Source: Opitutaceae bacterium (GTDB lineage Bacteria > Verrucomicrobiota > Verrucomicrobiia > Opitutales > Opitutaceae). Taken from it: DNA of 56,180 bases. How positions within the stretch are numbered: the first letter of the stretch is position 1; every line of letters starts with the position of its first letter. Where the stretch lies: the NCBI GenBank assembly GCA_017988885.1, contig JAGNQV010000001.1:1-56180 (forward strand), read 5' to 3'. The notes under the pieces are model-generated. The model was given only the letters and a program-made list of their open reading frames with translations. It ran no database searches and was not told the DNA's origin. Positions 18,570 to 28,920 of the stretch are shown one piece after another. The position numbers and the translations under genes are program-made.

Positions 18570-19348
18570 TGCCGCCAGCCTGAATCTTGATTTCGTCCGC
18601 GGTTTGCACGGAGTAAAATGCTGTCGACGTTGGTGCCCCAACGATAAAGAGTCGAAGACGCACGTCCTAGCGCGACGGCGAAATCCGTGTCCTTCTCCCG
18701 CAGTTTCGCGCGAATCTTTTCACCCTCCGGCGCCATCAATGGGCGCAAGCGTTGTGACAGCTGAGAAGGCATTAGCCGGAATGCCGCAATACTTCGATTA
18801 TCGTATTTGCCAAATATTTCACTATTGATACAACAGCGGGAGAAAAAATCGTAGTCGGCAGAAAATCGAAACTGTGTATTGAACCCACCCATACGCTCGA
18901 AAACTTCCCGGCGAAATAGCGTTCCTTGCTGGGGAACCGGACAATAATGCTTCATGAGCCAGCGTAAATGTCGCGGCTGTGGAGACCGCCAGCTGAACAA
19001 AAACCGACCGCTGGTATCAATATGGTCGATGTTACCGTACACCACCCCCGCGCGTCCGTTATTTTTCGCCAAACTATCGATAATCGCATCGGCATAAAGC
19101 AAGTCGTCTCCATTGATATAGGTCACCCATTCACTTCGCGCCTCCGCCATGCCGACGTTGATCGCCGAATAAATATTCCCCCGTGGGAATGAAATAATCT
19201 CCGCACCGGCCGCCTCCGCTAACTCGATGGTTCCATCATCCGATCCACTGTCGACAATGATATGTCTTAGCCCGATGTCTTGGAGCGGAACAAGACTGGC
19301 CAGTGTGGCCGGCAGCGTGGCCGCACAATTTAAGGTAGGTGTCACCAC
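18566..19348 (-). CDS. glycosyltransferase family 2
   Basis: VTPTLN...IIVDSGSDDGT and INGDD motifs (GT-A DxD). Confidence 0.8.
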   Translation of the reverse strand: MVTPTLNCAATLPATLASLVPLQDIGLRHIIVDSGSDDGTIELAEAAGAEIISFPRGNIYSAINVGMAEARSEWVTYINGDDLLYADAIIDSLAKNNGRAGVVYGNIDHIDTSGRFLFSWRSPQPRHLRWLMKHYCPVPQQGTLFRREVFERMGGFNTQFRFSADYDFFSRCCINSEIFGKYDNRSIAAFRLMPSQLSQRLRPLMAPEGEKIRAKLREKDTDFAVALGRASSTLYRWGTNVDSILLRANRGRNQDSGWRQ

Positions 19349-19368
19349 CGTAAGCAGCGGGTTCGTTG

Positions 19369-20529
19369 TCAGGCGGAAATTTCCTTCTGTATGGTTTGGA
19401 TGATCTTAGGCAGATATTTTTCCGACGCAAACTCGCCATGAAAGCATCTACGCGCCGCGTCAGCATATCCGCTGTAGTCCCTCCCTATTTCATTTAAAGC
19501 CGATCCAACCTCCGCGGTCGTTTTCACTACGCGACCGCAACGCCACTTATCAACATAATGCGCGACGCCACCAATTTGGTTACAAATAACCGGCAGACCC
19601 GCTTGCAAATAGGAGCTGAACTTCCCCGAAGATTTGCCTGCTAGGACTAGGTTGCGTCCAAATGTTACGTGTCCTTCACGTGTCGCGTAAAAGACTAAGC
19701 CGACATCGGCTCCGCTGAGTAATTCCAGTAAATCTGGAGCACTAAGCGCGACCGGTAGAAGCCTGACTCGCTCGGTGCTTGTGCATTGCCGTAATCGCTG
19801 CTCATAGGCGCCCTCCCCGATCGGAAATCGGCTTTGAACCACCATAATCCAGTCGTCAGGCCAGAATCGCACAGCGTCAGCTAATTCTGCCACCATAGTC
19901 CATTCACTGATCGTCCCGGCATGCACCGCAATCTTCATTCGGGCTGGCAATGCCAGTGACTCGCGGAGTTTCGTCGATCTTGTCTTACGCACAGGGCCCG
20001 GCCACGCATTGGGGAGTTGAATGAAATTCAACTCCCGCATTCCCCAGCTCCGTCGAAGCGCATTCGCTCGTTGTTCATCCTGAATGATCGTCCATTTCGC
20101 CCGGCGCCCTTGGAAAGTCTCCATAGCCTTCAAGGCCCAGATGGAGGCCGCGCGCAGTTCTCGCCAGAAAAGCATTTCCAGTGAAAAGTAAAATAATGGG
20201 ATAGAAAAGTCCTTGGCAACTGGCGCACCGATAACCAAGCCCATGGGATCCACACAAATAATTATAACAAATTTTTCGACTGACAGTTGTTCCTTCAGTG
20301 CCTGACGCCATTGCCGCGTCTCAGTTAAGCGGGCACGAATTCCCCGCCCACTAACGCGTTTCATACCGTGAATAGTGGCCCACGGTGACGATTCCAATAC
20401 AGACAGTTTCCCATAGTAAAACAAAGCCGGCCGCCAACCCGCTTGCGACACTGCCATGCCTAGTGCCACCAACGTCGGTATCGAGTCGTAATAATCATAG
20501 GGATGGACGACGGCGATGCGCATATGCAT
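19369..20529 (-). CDS. GT-B-fold glycosyltransferase-like protein
   Basis: MRIAVVHPYDY N-terminus and C-terminal KFSSYLQAGLPVICN block. Start chosen at MHMRIAV (20529), just after the upstream stop; the track ORF extends to 20628. Confidence 0.5.
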   Translation of the reverse strand: MHMRIAVVHPYDYYDSIPTLVALGMAVSQAGWRPALFYYGKLSVLESSPWATIHGMKRVSGRGIRARLTETRQWRQALKEQLSVEKFVIIICVDPMGLVIGAPVAKDFSIPLFYFSLEMLFWRELRAASIWALKAMETFQGRRAKWTIIQDEQRANALRRSWGMRELNFIQLPNAWPGPVRKTRSTKLRESLALPARMKIAVHAGTISEWTMVAELADAVRFWPDDWIMVVQSRFPIGEGAYEQRLRQCTSTERVRLLPVALSAPDLLELLSGADVGLVFYATREGHVTFGRNLVLAGKSSGKFSSYLQAGLPVICNQIGGVAHYVDKWRCGRVVKTTAEVGSALNEIGRDYSGYADAARRCFHGEFASEKYLPKIIQTIQKEISA

Positions 20530-20530
20530 A

Positions 20531-21889
20531 CTATGGGCGCCCGCAAGTGCTTTTCTGAAAGATGTGGTGACCTGAACCAGTTTTCGCTCCAGGAGACGTG
20601 GACCGTCCCAGTAAATGCAAACCCGCAAAACCTCCCATTAGATAGAACAAACAGTGGCCGGTCACGGCTTCACCTAGAAATTGATCCGATGAGAACGACA
20701 TGGACTCGATCACAAGTAGGAGGATGAGTCCACACCGCGCGGCCACTTTTTTTTCTCGCTCCGGGGAAAAAGCCGACCGAATGAAAAACCAACTTAGCGC
20801 GATCAAAAATATCAGGTGCCCCATGATTGCCCCGACGCCAGCGCCGTTCCCTAGCCAAAGCAGATACATCGATTCGTCGATTGAGTCCAAGGTCCAGGCG
20901 CGCCCGAATCCAATTCCGGTGATGCCCATGCGGCCCTGAGTCCATGAATAGGCCACCGCGTCGAGGCGATACTGCAGCGAGCCGTAATTCTGGCCGAAAT
21001 CCACAAATCGCTGCATGTGCGTCTCGATGTTTAGCAATTCGACTACGGTGCCCGTCTGGATCCCCCGATATAAACCAAAAGAGAAGAGTGTGATCGCGCA
21101 GAAGAATATCTTAGCCGAATGCCGGGAAAACGCCTCTTTCGCGAATGCAAGGATGCAAAGCACGGTAAACAACAACACCCCAATCGGTCCCGACTTCGCG
21201 CCCGATTGAAATGCGATGTAAACGCCAGCAAGATAAGCCCCGGCAGATATCCCTCGACGAATCCGCGAAGCATCATGAATAGTAGTAAAAAGCGAAAGCA
21301 CAGTGAGGAGAACACCAAATGCCGCCGTCCAGTTCGCCCAGATCGACATATCCATCGAACCGACGTTAATCACGTAAGCGAGAAAGCCCTTACTCTCGTG
21401 ATAGAGCGGATAAGCGGCACCAATTTTGGTCCACAGCCATATCGTAAGTGCCGAGATCAGTAAGCTGATGACCGCCGCCCATATCATGTCGCACATCTGC
21501 TTGTGCGAACGAGTCAATCCCACTCCAAGAATGAACAATGCCAAAGGCACCATTGCCGCCGTAATTGTCTCACGGGCTCCAACTCTTGTCACGAAATACG
21601 TCACCATGGATGCCAGGACGATAAGCGCCAAGCCGGCCATCGCGGTAGACAGCAACGCCGGTTGCGGCCGGTTTGTACTAAAACGGCCGCTCAACATTGC
21701 GGCGAAAAAAAAGCCGACGATAAGGAGCCGTTCGAGCGGAATTTGAAAGCGGCCAAATGTCAGCGGCTCCATAAGCAAAACAAAAACTAGCAAAACAAAA
21801 ACTGACGGTCGAAGCCATCGAAGTTTTTCTTCACCTAGCCGCTTAAGATTTAGTTCAGTGTGATTTTTCACTATACAGGAGCCTTTCAA
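20531..21889 (-). CDS. polytopic membrane protein, O-antigen polymerase (Wzy)-like
   Basis: More than 10 hydrophobic helices. Loop GITGIGFGRAWTLDSIDESMYLLWLGNGAGVGAIMG resembles a degenerate Wzy_C motif. Start uncertain: it overlaps the upstream gene by 35 nt. Confidence 0.55.
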   Translation of the reverse strand: MKGSCIVKNHTELNLKRLGEEKLRWLRPSVFVLLVFVLLMEPLTFGRFQIPLERLLIVGFFFAAMLSGRFSTNRPQPALLSTAMAGLALIVLASMVTYFVTRVGARETITAAMVPLALFILGVGLTRSHKQMCDMIWAAVISLLISALTIWLWTKIGAAYPLYHESKGFLAYVINVGSMDMSIWANWTAAFGVLLTVLSLFTTIHDASRIRRGISAGAYLAGVYIAFQSGAKSGPIGVLLFTVLCILAFAKEAFSRHSAKIFFCAITLFSFGLYRGIQTGTVVELLNIETHMQRFVDFGQNYGSLQYRLDAVAYSWTQGRMGITGIGFGRAWTLDSIDESMYLLWLGNGAGVGAIMGHLIFLIALSWFFIRSAFSPEREKKVAARCGLILLLVIESMSFSSDQFLGEAVTGHCLFYLMGGFAGLHLLGRSTSPGAKTGSGHHIFQKSTCGRP

Positions 21890-22970
21890 GATTATTTTGA
21901 TAAACCGACTTCAATGTTTGAATTTCCGCTCCCGTGGGCACCATTTCCCTTTCCTCAAAGTAGTCCGCGCGAGAAATCCATTCCATCATTAAGCCGAATT
22001 GATCCGCCGCTTGCCCATGAAGCTCCTTCCCGCAGACGAATGCGCGAGTCATTTTAGCTTGGATAATGTCTCGGGCATCTCCGGATGGAATCGCGACTCG
22101 CGCCATTGAGCTTTTAGCCAGTCTACCTAAGGCACCTGCAATCCGCTCCGGCAAACTGCGTCCTGAACGCGACGAAACCCCATGAGCCGGGCCCCAACCT
22201 GCACGGCCTCTGATTTCGGCATACGATTGCTCAATTCCAAAAATAAACTCTCTGGTGATAAAATAGTCTACGGACAGCCGGTTCCGAGTCATGCAGTGAT
22301 TGACCCCCAACGCCGGCGTATACAAGGCCTTCCCACCACTGTGCCTTATCTTAATAGACAATCCGGACTCGCCCAAACCACAAAGAAACATCAATTGATC
22401 AGGCATATAATCCGGCAATGTGCCGCGCAAATCCATGTAGGCGGACTTGCGCACGCAATAGTTGCATCCCCATATCCATTCCGGCTCGATGAAGCGTTCA
22501 GCGGTCCCAAAATCTATGAGGCTGAGATGATTAAGATATCGTCCCTCTGGGCAAGTTTTCCACATCATTTCCACCCATGCAGGTGGCGGATCATCATAAA
22601 AAGGACTGATCGGTCCGCCCGCCAAGACGAGATCCCGATTGCAAAAACGCTCCTCCAGCGCCACCAGCCAATCCGGCTTAATAAGGGTGTCGTCGTCAAT
22701 GAAACATAAAATCTCTCCTTTGGCTGACATCGCCCCGGCATGCCTTGCTGCCATCAAGCCCCGCGGCTCGGTTCGAACGATGTTGATAAACTTTCTCACC
22801 GCATGGCTAGCGTTTACACAAAAGGCTTTTCCCGGATCAGAATTATCCACGATCAATATTTCGAACAAACTCTTTGGTAAATGTGCCGCGCTGATCGCTT
22901 CGACGCATCGACTGAGCATAGCTGCGTTGTTGCGGGTCGGGATGATAACCGAAAAAAACACCTTGTTCAT
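21855..22970 (-). CDS. glycosyltransferase family 2
   Basis: FFSVIIPTRNN...IVDNSD and FIDDD motifs. Confidence 0.8.
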   Translation of the reverse strand: MNKVFFSVIIPTRNNAAMLSRCVEAISAAHLPKSLFEILIVDNSDPGKAFCVNASHAVRKFINIVRTEPRGLMAARHAGAMSAKGEILCFIDDDTLIKPDWLVALEERFCNRDLVLAGGPISPFYDDPPPAWVEMMWKTCPEGRYLNHLSLIDFGTAERFIEPEWIWGCNYCVRKSAYMDLRGTLPDYMPDQLMFLCGLGESGLSIKIRHSGGKALYTPALGVNHCMTRNRLSVDYFITREFIFGIEQSYAEIRGRAGWGPAHGVSSRSGRSLPERIAGALGRLAKSSMARVAIPSGDARDIIQAKMTRAFVCGKELHGQAADQFGLMMEWISRADYFEEREMVPTGAEIQTLKSVYQNNLERLLYSEKSH

Positions 22971-22990
22971 GATTCGACTCGTGGGGTCCG

Positions 22991-24493
22991 CTATTGTGAT
23001 TGCCGTGAACGACGTTTAGCAAAAATAGAATACAAAGATTGGATATCTGCCCTGTGATAGCGAAGGACGATTAAGGCCAAGGCAGCCCCCATAAGAACCA
23101 TTCCCAGAGTTAAGGAAAACAACCCCTTCCCGTTGGCAGCTTCGACCCATTGCATGCCAAGTCCAATCACGGCCACGGGCAAGGCTAGGCGCAATCCCTC
23201 GCCACAGGCGCGCAATACCTCGCCAATGCGCAGACCCAAGCAACGTGTGACAAAAGGCGTGAACAACAAGCCAGTGGCCCACGCCATGACCGCGTGTGCA
23301 AATGCCAGATGGTAAATACTCTGCGAGGCCGCCCAGATAAATGGAAGAATCACCATTGCCACACGAGCCAATCCTAATTTTGTGGCGACATCAGCCCGGC
23401 CAATGGCCTTTAGCACTTCACCATTCAGGCCCATAATACACGAGATGCTGTTGAGCAGCGCATAAATCGATACGATGGCGCCTGCCTCGGCCCATTTCGG
23501 CCCCAAAATGAAACCTACATACCGGAAGAAAAACGCCGCGAGGAACACATTCAAGGGCAAACTGAATATCGAGAGCATGCGAATGGCTCTTAGATAAGCC
23601 TGCCCAGCTTGCACGGAATCAAGCCGCGCGAACCACGGCAGAGTAATCGCGCTAAATGGTCCCGCGACAATTTCCCAGCCGATCGTGCCGAGTTGCATTC
23701 CTGTCCGCAACAAACCCACGTTTGTTGCAGACTGAAACCGCACTACGATCAACTGGTCTGCAAAGTTGCCCAACCATGCGAGCACATTCTGTAGCGTAAC
23801 ATGCCCGCCGAACGACAGAGCCTCCTTGAGGAGATGGCCATTGAACTTGGGAGGCTCCGGCCGCCAACGCACCAGCAACATAACCGTAACGGATGTAGCA
23901 AGCGCGGCAACCACCGACGCGACTGCCAGAGCCCACACTCCGAAACCTTGGGCAGCCATGACAATCGAGACCAAGGGAGCAGAAAACGCCGGGATAGCCT
24001 GTCGGTAGAATGCCGACCGGAAATCGAGCTGCTTCAGCATGAGATTGAGCGGCGCATCCCCAAAAGGCCAGATCACGAAAAGTAGACTCATCAAGCGCAA
24101 TATAGGGGCGATCTCGGAATTCCCGAGCCCGGATGCGATAAGATCCGCCGACAAAAGCAGCAATCCCGTCAAGAAGGCCCCCACCCCTAACTGCACCCAA
24201 AAGGTCAAGTTTAACATCGCGGCCGTGTCCCCTCGCGATCGAATGAAAGCCTGGCCGACACCAATATCCTTCAGCAGCTTCAACGCCTCGATGACGATCA
24301 TCGCGGTCGCCATCACTCCGTAGTCACTCGGAGAGAGGAGACGGGCCAAAACCAATAAAGATAGTGGACGCAGCGCCTTAGTCGAAAGACTTCCCGCCGT
24401 GGTCCAGAAAATCCCCGATCCGAGCACGTGAGCGTCGTTCAGGTCTTCACCTTTTGACAAAGCGGATGGCTGCGCAGAGTTAGACAATTTCAT
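22991..24493 (-). CDS. wzx: Wzx-type oligosaccharide flippase (MOP superfamily polysaccharide biosynthesis protein)
   Basis: 500 aa with about 12-14 TM helices. The N-terminal pattern LARLLSPSDYGV...GQAFI is typical of Wzx/RfbX proteins. Confidence 0.75.
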   Translation of the reverse strand: MKLSNSAQPSALSKGEDLNDAHVLGSGIFWTTAGSLSTKALRPLSLLVLARLLSPSDYGVMATAMIVIEALKLLKDIGVGQAFIRSRGDTAAMLNLTFWVQLGVGAFLTGLLLLSADLIASGLGNSEIAPILRLMSLLFVIWPFGDAPLNLMLKQLDFRSAFYRQAIPAFSAPLVSIVMAAQGFGVWALAVASVVAALATSVTVMLLVRWRPEPPKFNGHLLKEALSFGGHVTLQNVLAWLGNFADQLIVVRFQSATNVGLLRTGMQLGTIGWEIVAGPFSAITLPWFARLDSVQAGQAYLRAIRMLSIFSLPLNVFLAAFFFRYVGFILGPKWAEAGAIVSIYALLNSISCIMGLNGEVLKAIGRADVATKLGLARVAMVILPFIWAASQSIYHLAFAHAVMAWATGLLFTPFVTRCLGLRIGEVLRACGEGLRLALPVAVIGLGMQWVEAANGKGLFSLTLGMVLMGAALALIVLRYHRADIQSLYSIFAKRRSRQSQ

Positions 24494-25772
24494 GTTCCCG
24501 GCCCACTAGATGGCTAGCGACTTTTTCCGAAGCCTGCCCGCTGTAATCGCCCCAATAGAGGGAGCGATAGGCCATCTCTAAACCGGATGATCGTCTTGGC
24601 TCAGCCAAGGCGCGCAGCATTTCTTCGAATGAGTTAACCACTTCGCCCTTCATGGCTTCTGCATATGGAAAATGAAGACCCCGACATTTTTCGACATATC
24701 CATTGAGATCGAAAGGAAAAAGAATCACGCGCTTATCCGACATCATGATGTAGTCGTAATAAATCGACGAATAGTCAGTGATTAATGCGGTAGTGGCGGG
24801 CAACAATGGGTAAACATCCGTTGTCGACGATAGGAAAATGATCCGGTCCAACGCAGGATCATCGCCAAAAGGCTTCGGCTCATTCATGTGTAGCTTAATA
24901 ACGAAGACCGCATTAGTCCTCTGCAACAGCTGGTTCAGACGCGGCAGATCGAACCCCGCAGCGGCCAGCACGCCGATCCCGTCGTCGCGAAAAGTAGGTA
25001 AGTAGATGTATGCTCGCTCCGCCTGTGTAATTCTGCGGTGTGTGTGGCGTTCTGCCTCTGTTGCATAACGCTCAAAATAGACTTGGCGTTCCTCTGCAGA
25101 CCATAAAAGGACATCGCAACGCGGATAGCCAAACTCTAGGCAAGCCTCTTTACCCACGCGAAATGAACTAGTGAAGAAATAGTCCGTCACGAAACGTGAC
25201 GTCGATAGGACTATGTCCGGGCGTCGGAATTGCCACGGGGCGCGCACGTAATTAGCAAGCGTAGCAACCCGCAAGTGGCTTTCCGGCGATTGCGTGTCGT
25301 TAAACTCGATCTTCTTAAGCCCAATCCCATGCCAGAGATTACACAATATCGCTCCGCCAGACGCGGCGAAATTTACGTCGGTCGGATAGAAGGAGTAGAT
25401 GTGCATATGAGCTGTCAGGCACTCATACAGCCCAGTCCATGATCGCTTGTATACAGCCGGCAGGTTTCGTTCCGAGAAATAGTCTAGCTGCTCTTTTTTC
25501 CAACATACCCAGGTTGCCTTGACCTCCGGATGTCGCTGGACGACGTGTAAGAACAGATACTTCGAGTTGTCGACAAATGCACCACAATAGGAGCCAAACA
25601 CCCATTTCATGCGCGTGCGTGGCATGCAAAACGAGATGCCGTAAAGCGAGAGTTCGGCCACCTTGACAATACCGTCCCGAATCAAGCGCAAGGTAGCGGA
25701 TCGCCTCAAAAAAATTTGGGCTAATTTACGCAAATCAGTCTTTGACGTCTTGATGCCGTCGAGTTGCACCAC
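24480..25772 (-). CDS. CDP-glycerol glycerophosphotransferase (TagB/TagF family)
   Basis: FVDNSKYLF, LWHGIGLKKIEF and YLPTFRDD motifs. Start uncertain (alternatives at 25625 or 25610). Confidence 0.7.
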   Translation of the reverse strand: MVQLDGIKTSKTDLRKLAQIFLRRSATLRLIRDGIVKVAELSLYGISFCMPRTRMKWVFGSYCGAFVDNSKYLFLHVVQRHPEVKATWVCWKKEQLDYFSERNLPAVYKRSWTGLYECLTAHMHIYSFYPTDVNFAASGGAILCNLWHGIGLKKIEFNDTQSPESHLRVATLANYVRAPWQFRRPDIVLSTSRFVTDYFFTSSFRVGKEACLEFGYPRCDVLLWSAEERQVYFERYATEAERHTHRRITQAERAYIYLPTFRDDGIGVLAAAGFDLPRLNQLLQRTNAVFVIKLHMNEPKPFGDDPALDRIIFLSSTTDVYPLLPATTALITDYSSIYYDYIMMSDKRVILFPFDLNGYVEKCRGLHFPYAEAMKGEVVNSFEEMLRALAEPRRSSGLEMAYRSLYWGDYSGQASEKVASHLVGREHEIV

Positions 25773-26562
25773 CTAGCTGCCTATCGTGCGGACCACTCAG
25801 CCGGCCGACCACCCAGCCATACCAATGTCCTTCGGTCAGCGATTCCACTGAGTTCCATGCCCCTGAAGCAAGTAACTCCAATCCAGCCCACCGGAAAAGA
25901 TCATGCAGTTCAGGGAGGAACAGATAGCGCAACGGATGCGCTTCACGAATTTCTGAGATCGTATTAGTGCGTTTGTCTTTCAGAAAAAGATCATAATTCA
26001 CGATCACTTGATGGCATTCCGCACGGTGATCGGGCTCGGCCAGCCGCGTGACATGCAAGTCATCATCTTCCAATCGCCTAATCCTCACCGTCGGTAAGTC
26101 TCGAAGAACCCCAAGGCCATGCCAGAAATCAAACATGAATATGCCGCCGGGCTTGAGATGATGGACCGCCGTCCGGAATGCGGCACGGAGATCCTCATCA
26201 GAAGTCTGGTAGCTCATAACATGAAACAGAGAAACCACGGTGTCGTATTTTTCTTCGACGCGGACCGAACGAACATCGCCGACTTGAAACCGGAGGGATC
26301 GCCACTCGTTCTCTGGCAACACGCTGGCCCGCGCCTCGGCCAGAGCCACCATCCCCGGGCTTAGATCCACTCCAGTGACGCGATAACCCAGCCGGCCTAA
26401 TTCGATGGCATGTCGCCCCGTGCCGCAGCCCAGTTCGAGCAATGTGCCGACCGTGCCGCCCTGCCGAACGATTTGGTCATGCACAAACCGCGCTTCCCCG
26501 GCATAATCCTTGTCGCGATAAAGCAAGTCGTAGTAGCGGGCGTATCTGTCGAAGACACTCAT
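25735..26562 (-). CDS. class I SAM-dependent methyltransferase
   Basis: Motif I LLELGCGTGRH, then DLS.GM and VVSLFHV. Confidence 0.8.
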   Translation of the reverse strand: MSVFDRYARYYDLLYRDKDYAGEARFVHDQIVRQGGTVGTLLELGCGTGRHAIELGRLGYRVTGVDLSPGMVALAEARASVLPENEWRSLRFQVGDVRSVRVEEKYDTVVSLFHVMSYQTSDEDLRAAFRTAVHHLKPGGIFMFDFWHGLGVLRDLPTVRIRRLEDDDLHVTRLAEPDHRAECHQVIVNYDLFLKDKRTNTISEIREAHPLRYLFLPELHDLFRWAGLELLASGAWNSVESLTEGHWYGWVVGRLSGPHDRQLGGATRRHQDVKD

Positions 26563-26852
26563 GGTTTCAGGCTAATCGCTGGCAGTGCCTCCGGCTGCTC
26601 TTCGTTGCGCACTAAAATGAAATTGAAACCATAGGCGTTGGTGCCCATCATGAATAACCCTTCTACCGCCCAATTTGGGCACGAGCTATCATCTGCCAGT
26701 TGTGCATAAAAAGCGGTTACTGACCCGCCTTTAAACTGGGGCTCACGCCACGCGAGCATTGAAGGATTCGCCCAGACGAAAACCGATCTAGCACTTTCCA
26801 GACAGATTTCTTTTAGCACTGTCATATGTTTACTATGCAAACGGAGCGTCAC
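26559..26852 (-). CDS. small hypothetical protein, translationally coupled to the methyltransferase
   Basis: ORF with an ATGA overlap to the downstream gene. An internal ATG at 26825 is the more likely start. No recognisable motif. Confidence 0.35.
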   Translation of the reverse strand: MTLRLHSKHMTVLKEICLESARSVFVWANPSMLAWREPQFKGGSVTAFYAQLADDSSCPNWAVEGLFMMGTNAYGFNFILVRNEEQPEALPAISLKP

Positions 26853-26926
26853 TCGCTATATATAAATGAACCGGCTTCCGGGTTGATTAATGCGCTTGGT
26901 CAAGCGCCAATTAGTTTCATTCACAC

Positions 26927-27724
26927 TTACCACTTGGCGCTTTTCCTAAACTCGCCTTCGGCCTGCACAAAAACCAGATCCAATTGGCCTAACGCATTGT
27001 CACTCGGCCGGTGCAAGAAACCGACAACATCGTATAGTTCATAACCACGATCACCCATGAACATGATGATGTCGCGCGCGAGCGGCATGTCAGGCATGAA
27101 GCGATAGAGAGAAATCTCTACGATGAACATCTGGGTCCGGCCATATAGGGCACTCGCTCCGCGTAAAGCTTCCAATTCGAATCCTTGTATATCTAATTTA
27201 ACCAAGTCGGGAACGAAAGAGGGATGCAGATCCGTCACTAAATGATCAATCGTCACTATGGTTGTCTGCCGCTGTTTGTGTGCGGCAACCTTCTCTTTAT
27301 CTATGGCAGGAAGGAAGGAGGACCCCGCTAGATCATCGAAAATCGTTTGCGTCAACTCACCATTCTCGCGACCTGCTCCCGCCTTCACGTAGATGCAATT
27401 ACCCAGCTTGGCTGAAACCTGCTCGAGTGGCTTCTCCATTTCATCTTGAGGTTCGATTAGAATGATGGCCGCCGCGGGGAACACCTCGCGGGCAAATGTT
27501 GCCCAACCTCCCCTGTTCGCGCCTACATCAATGATGCCTTGAGGCTGAAACCCTCTGTTTCTCAAGTAGGCTAGAAATTCCCTCGACTCGCCCAGCGGAC
27601 GCAGCGCGGCTGCATTGGACTCATCGCGGTATAGTTCCCAGCCCAGCAGACGGAATCCCGGCATCCGGCTGTGCTTCAAATAGAGCTTGAATTTGGCCAG
27701 TACCCTTTTGATGAATTTCTTCAT
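26927..27724 (-). CDS. FkbM-family methyltransferase
   Basis: IIDVGANRGGWA motif, followed by the KLDIQGFELEAL block characteristic of FkbM. Confidence 0.75.
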   Translation of the reverse strand: MKKFIKRVLAKFKLYLKHSRMPGFRLLGWELYRDESNAAALRPLGESREFLAYLRNRGFQPQGIIDVGANRGGWATFAREVFPAAAIILIEPQDEMEKPLEQVSAKLGNCIYVKAGAGRENGELTQTIFDDLAGSSFLPAIDKEKVAAHKQRQTTIVTIDHLVTDLHPSFVPDLVKLDIQGFELEALRGASALYGRTQMFIVEISLYRFMPDMPLARDIIMFMGDRGYELYDVVGFLHRPSDNALGQLDLVFVQAEGEFRKSAKW

Positions 27725-27760
27725 GCTGTTAAATGTGGTCTAAATAACGTTAAGTGCTGT

Positions 27761-28885
27761 TCACCGCCCACACAAAACCGCCTTAACTTTGTCTGCGACC
27801 ACGACCTGTTCATCGGCTGTCAGCCCCAAGCCACTTGGCACATAAAAACCGCGCCGGGCCAGTCGTTCAGCGACCGGACAGTGCGCGCCCGTGAACAGCC
27901 CCATCTTCTGGAATGCGGGCTGCTCATGCATCGGCCAGAAGAAGGGTCTCGTCCCTATCTTCTCCACGCCGAGACGAAGCATGACTTCGTCCGCATCGAA
28001 CGGATAGGAATCGCCCAGCACCAAACCGTAGACCCAATAGATGTTATCCGCATAGTCTGTGCGGACCAGCGGCAGTTGCATATCAGGTAAACCAAGGAAA
28101 AATTCGTTGTAACGCTGACCGTTCGCTCGCTTCTTCACCACGTGGGCGTCCAGTGTCTCCAATTGTGCAACTCCAAGCGCGGCCTGCAAGTTGGTCATCC
28201 GCAAGTTCCAGCCGAGTGCCTCGTGCACAAAACGTTTTTTCGCCTGGAAGCACAAGTTGCGGAGCGACCGGCACTTCTCCGCCAGGTCCGGGTCGTCCGT
28301 CACAATCATCCCGCCTTCGCCCGTCGTAATATGTTTGTTTGGATAAAAACTGAATGTGGAGATATCACCAAAGCTACCGCAGGGACGGCCCTTGTAAGTC
28401 TGTCCGTGCATTTGCGCTGCATCTTCGATGATCTTGAGATTATATTGGGATGCCAATTCCAGAATCGGATCCATGTCCACCGGCAATCCATAGATATGCA
28501 CTACCATGATGGCCTTAGTGCGGGACGTGATTGCTACCGTCACTTGCGACACATCCATATTCCATGTGTTAGGATCAGAATCCACCACGACCGGTACCGC
28601 CCCGGCGCGCACGATAGCGGCAGCACAGGAGATGATAGTGAAAGACGGCAAAATGACCTCGTCACCCGGCCCCAAGCCCAGAGCTACAACAGCAGCATCA
28701 AGGGCGACAGAGCCATTGCTGACCGCCACGCCGTATTTTCGGCCCACTTTCGCGCTGAATTGATCCTCGAATTTTTTGATGAAAGGTCCCTCGGAGGAAA
28801 TCCACCCTGTATCGAGGCACTCGAGTAGGTATTTGCGCTCGTTGCCATCTAGCAAAGGGGTGTTGACGGGAATATTGTGATTCAT
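27761..28885 (-). CDS. DegT-family aminotransferase, GDP-perosamine-synthase (Per/RfbE)-like
   Basis: ECLDTGWISSEG, VSNGSVALD, FGDISTFSFYPNKHITTGEGGMIVTDD and GTRPFFWPMH closely match my recollection of Per/RfbE sequences. Confidence 0.7.
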   Translation of the reverse strand: MNHNIPVNTPLLDGNERKYLLECLDTGWISSEGPFIKKFEDQFSAKVGRKYGVAVSNGSVALDAAVVALGLGPGDEVILPSFTIISCAAAIVRAGAVPVVVDSDPNTWNMDVSQVTVAITSRTKAIMVVHIYGLPVDMDPILELASQYNLKIIEDAAQMHGQTYKGRPCGSFGDISTFSFYPNKHITTGEGGMIVTDDPDLAEKCRSLRNLCFQAKKRFVHEALGWNLRMTNLQAALGVAQLETLDAHVVKKRANGQRYNEFFLGLPDMQLPLVRTDYADNIYWVYGLVLGDSYPFDADEVMLRLGVEKIGTRPFFWPMHEQPAFQKMGLFTGAHCPVAERLARRGFYVPSGLGLTADEQVVVADKVKAVLCGR

Positions 28886-28920
28886 AATGCCGTGTTATAC
28901 AATTCGCCAAGGCGTTAACT

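Noticed and set aside
26898-26913. GCGCTTG-GT-CAAGCGC palindrome downstream of the FkbM-like gene as a terminator
   Set aside because: The loop is too small for the full stem, and no U-tract follows on the transcribed (-) strand.
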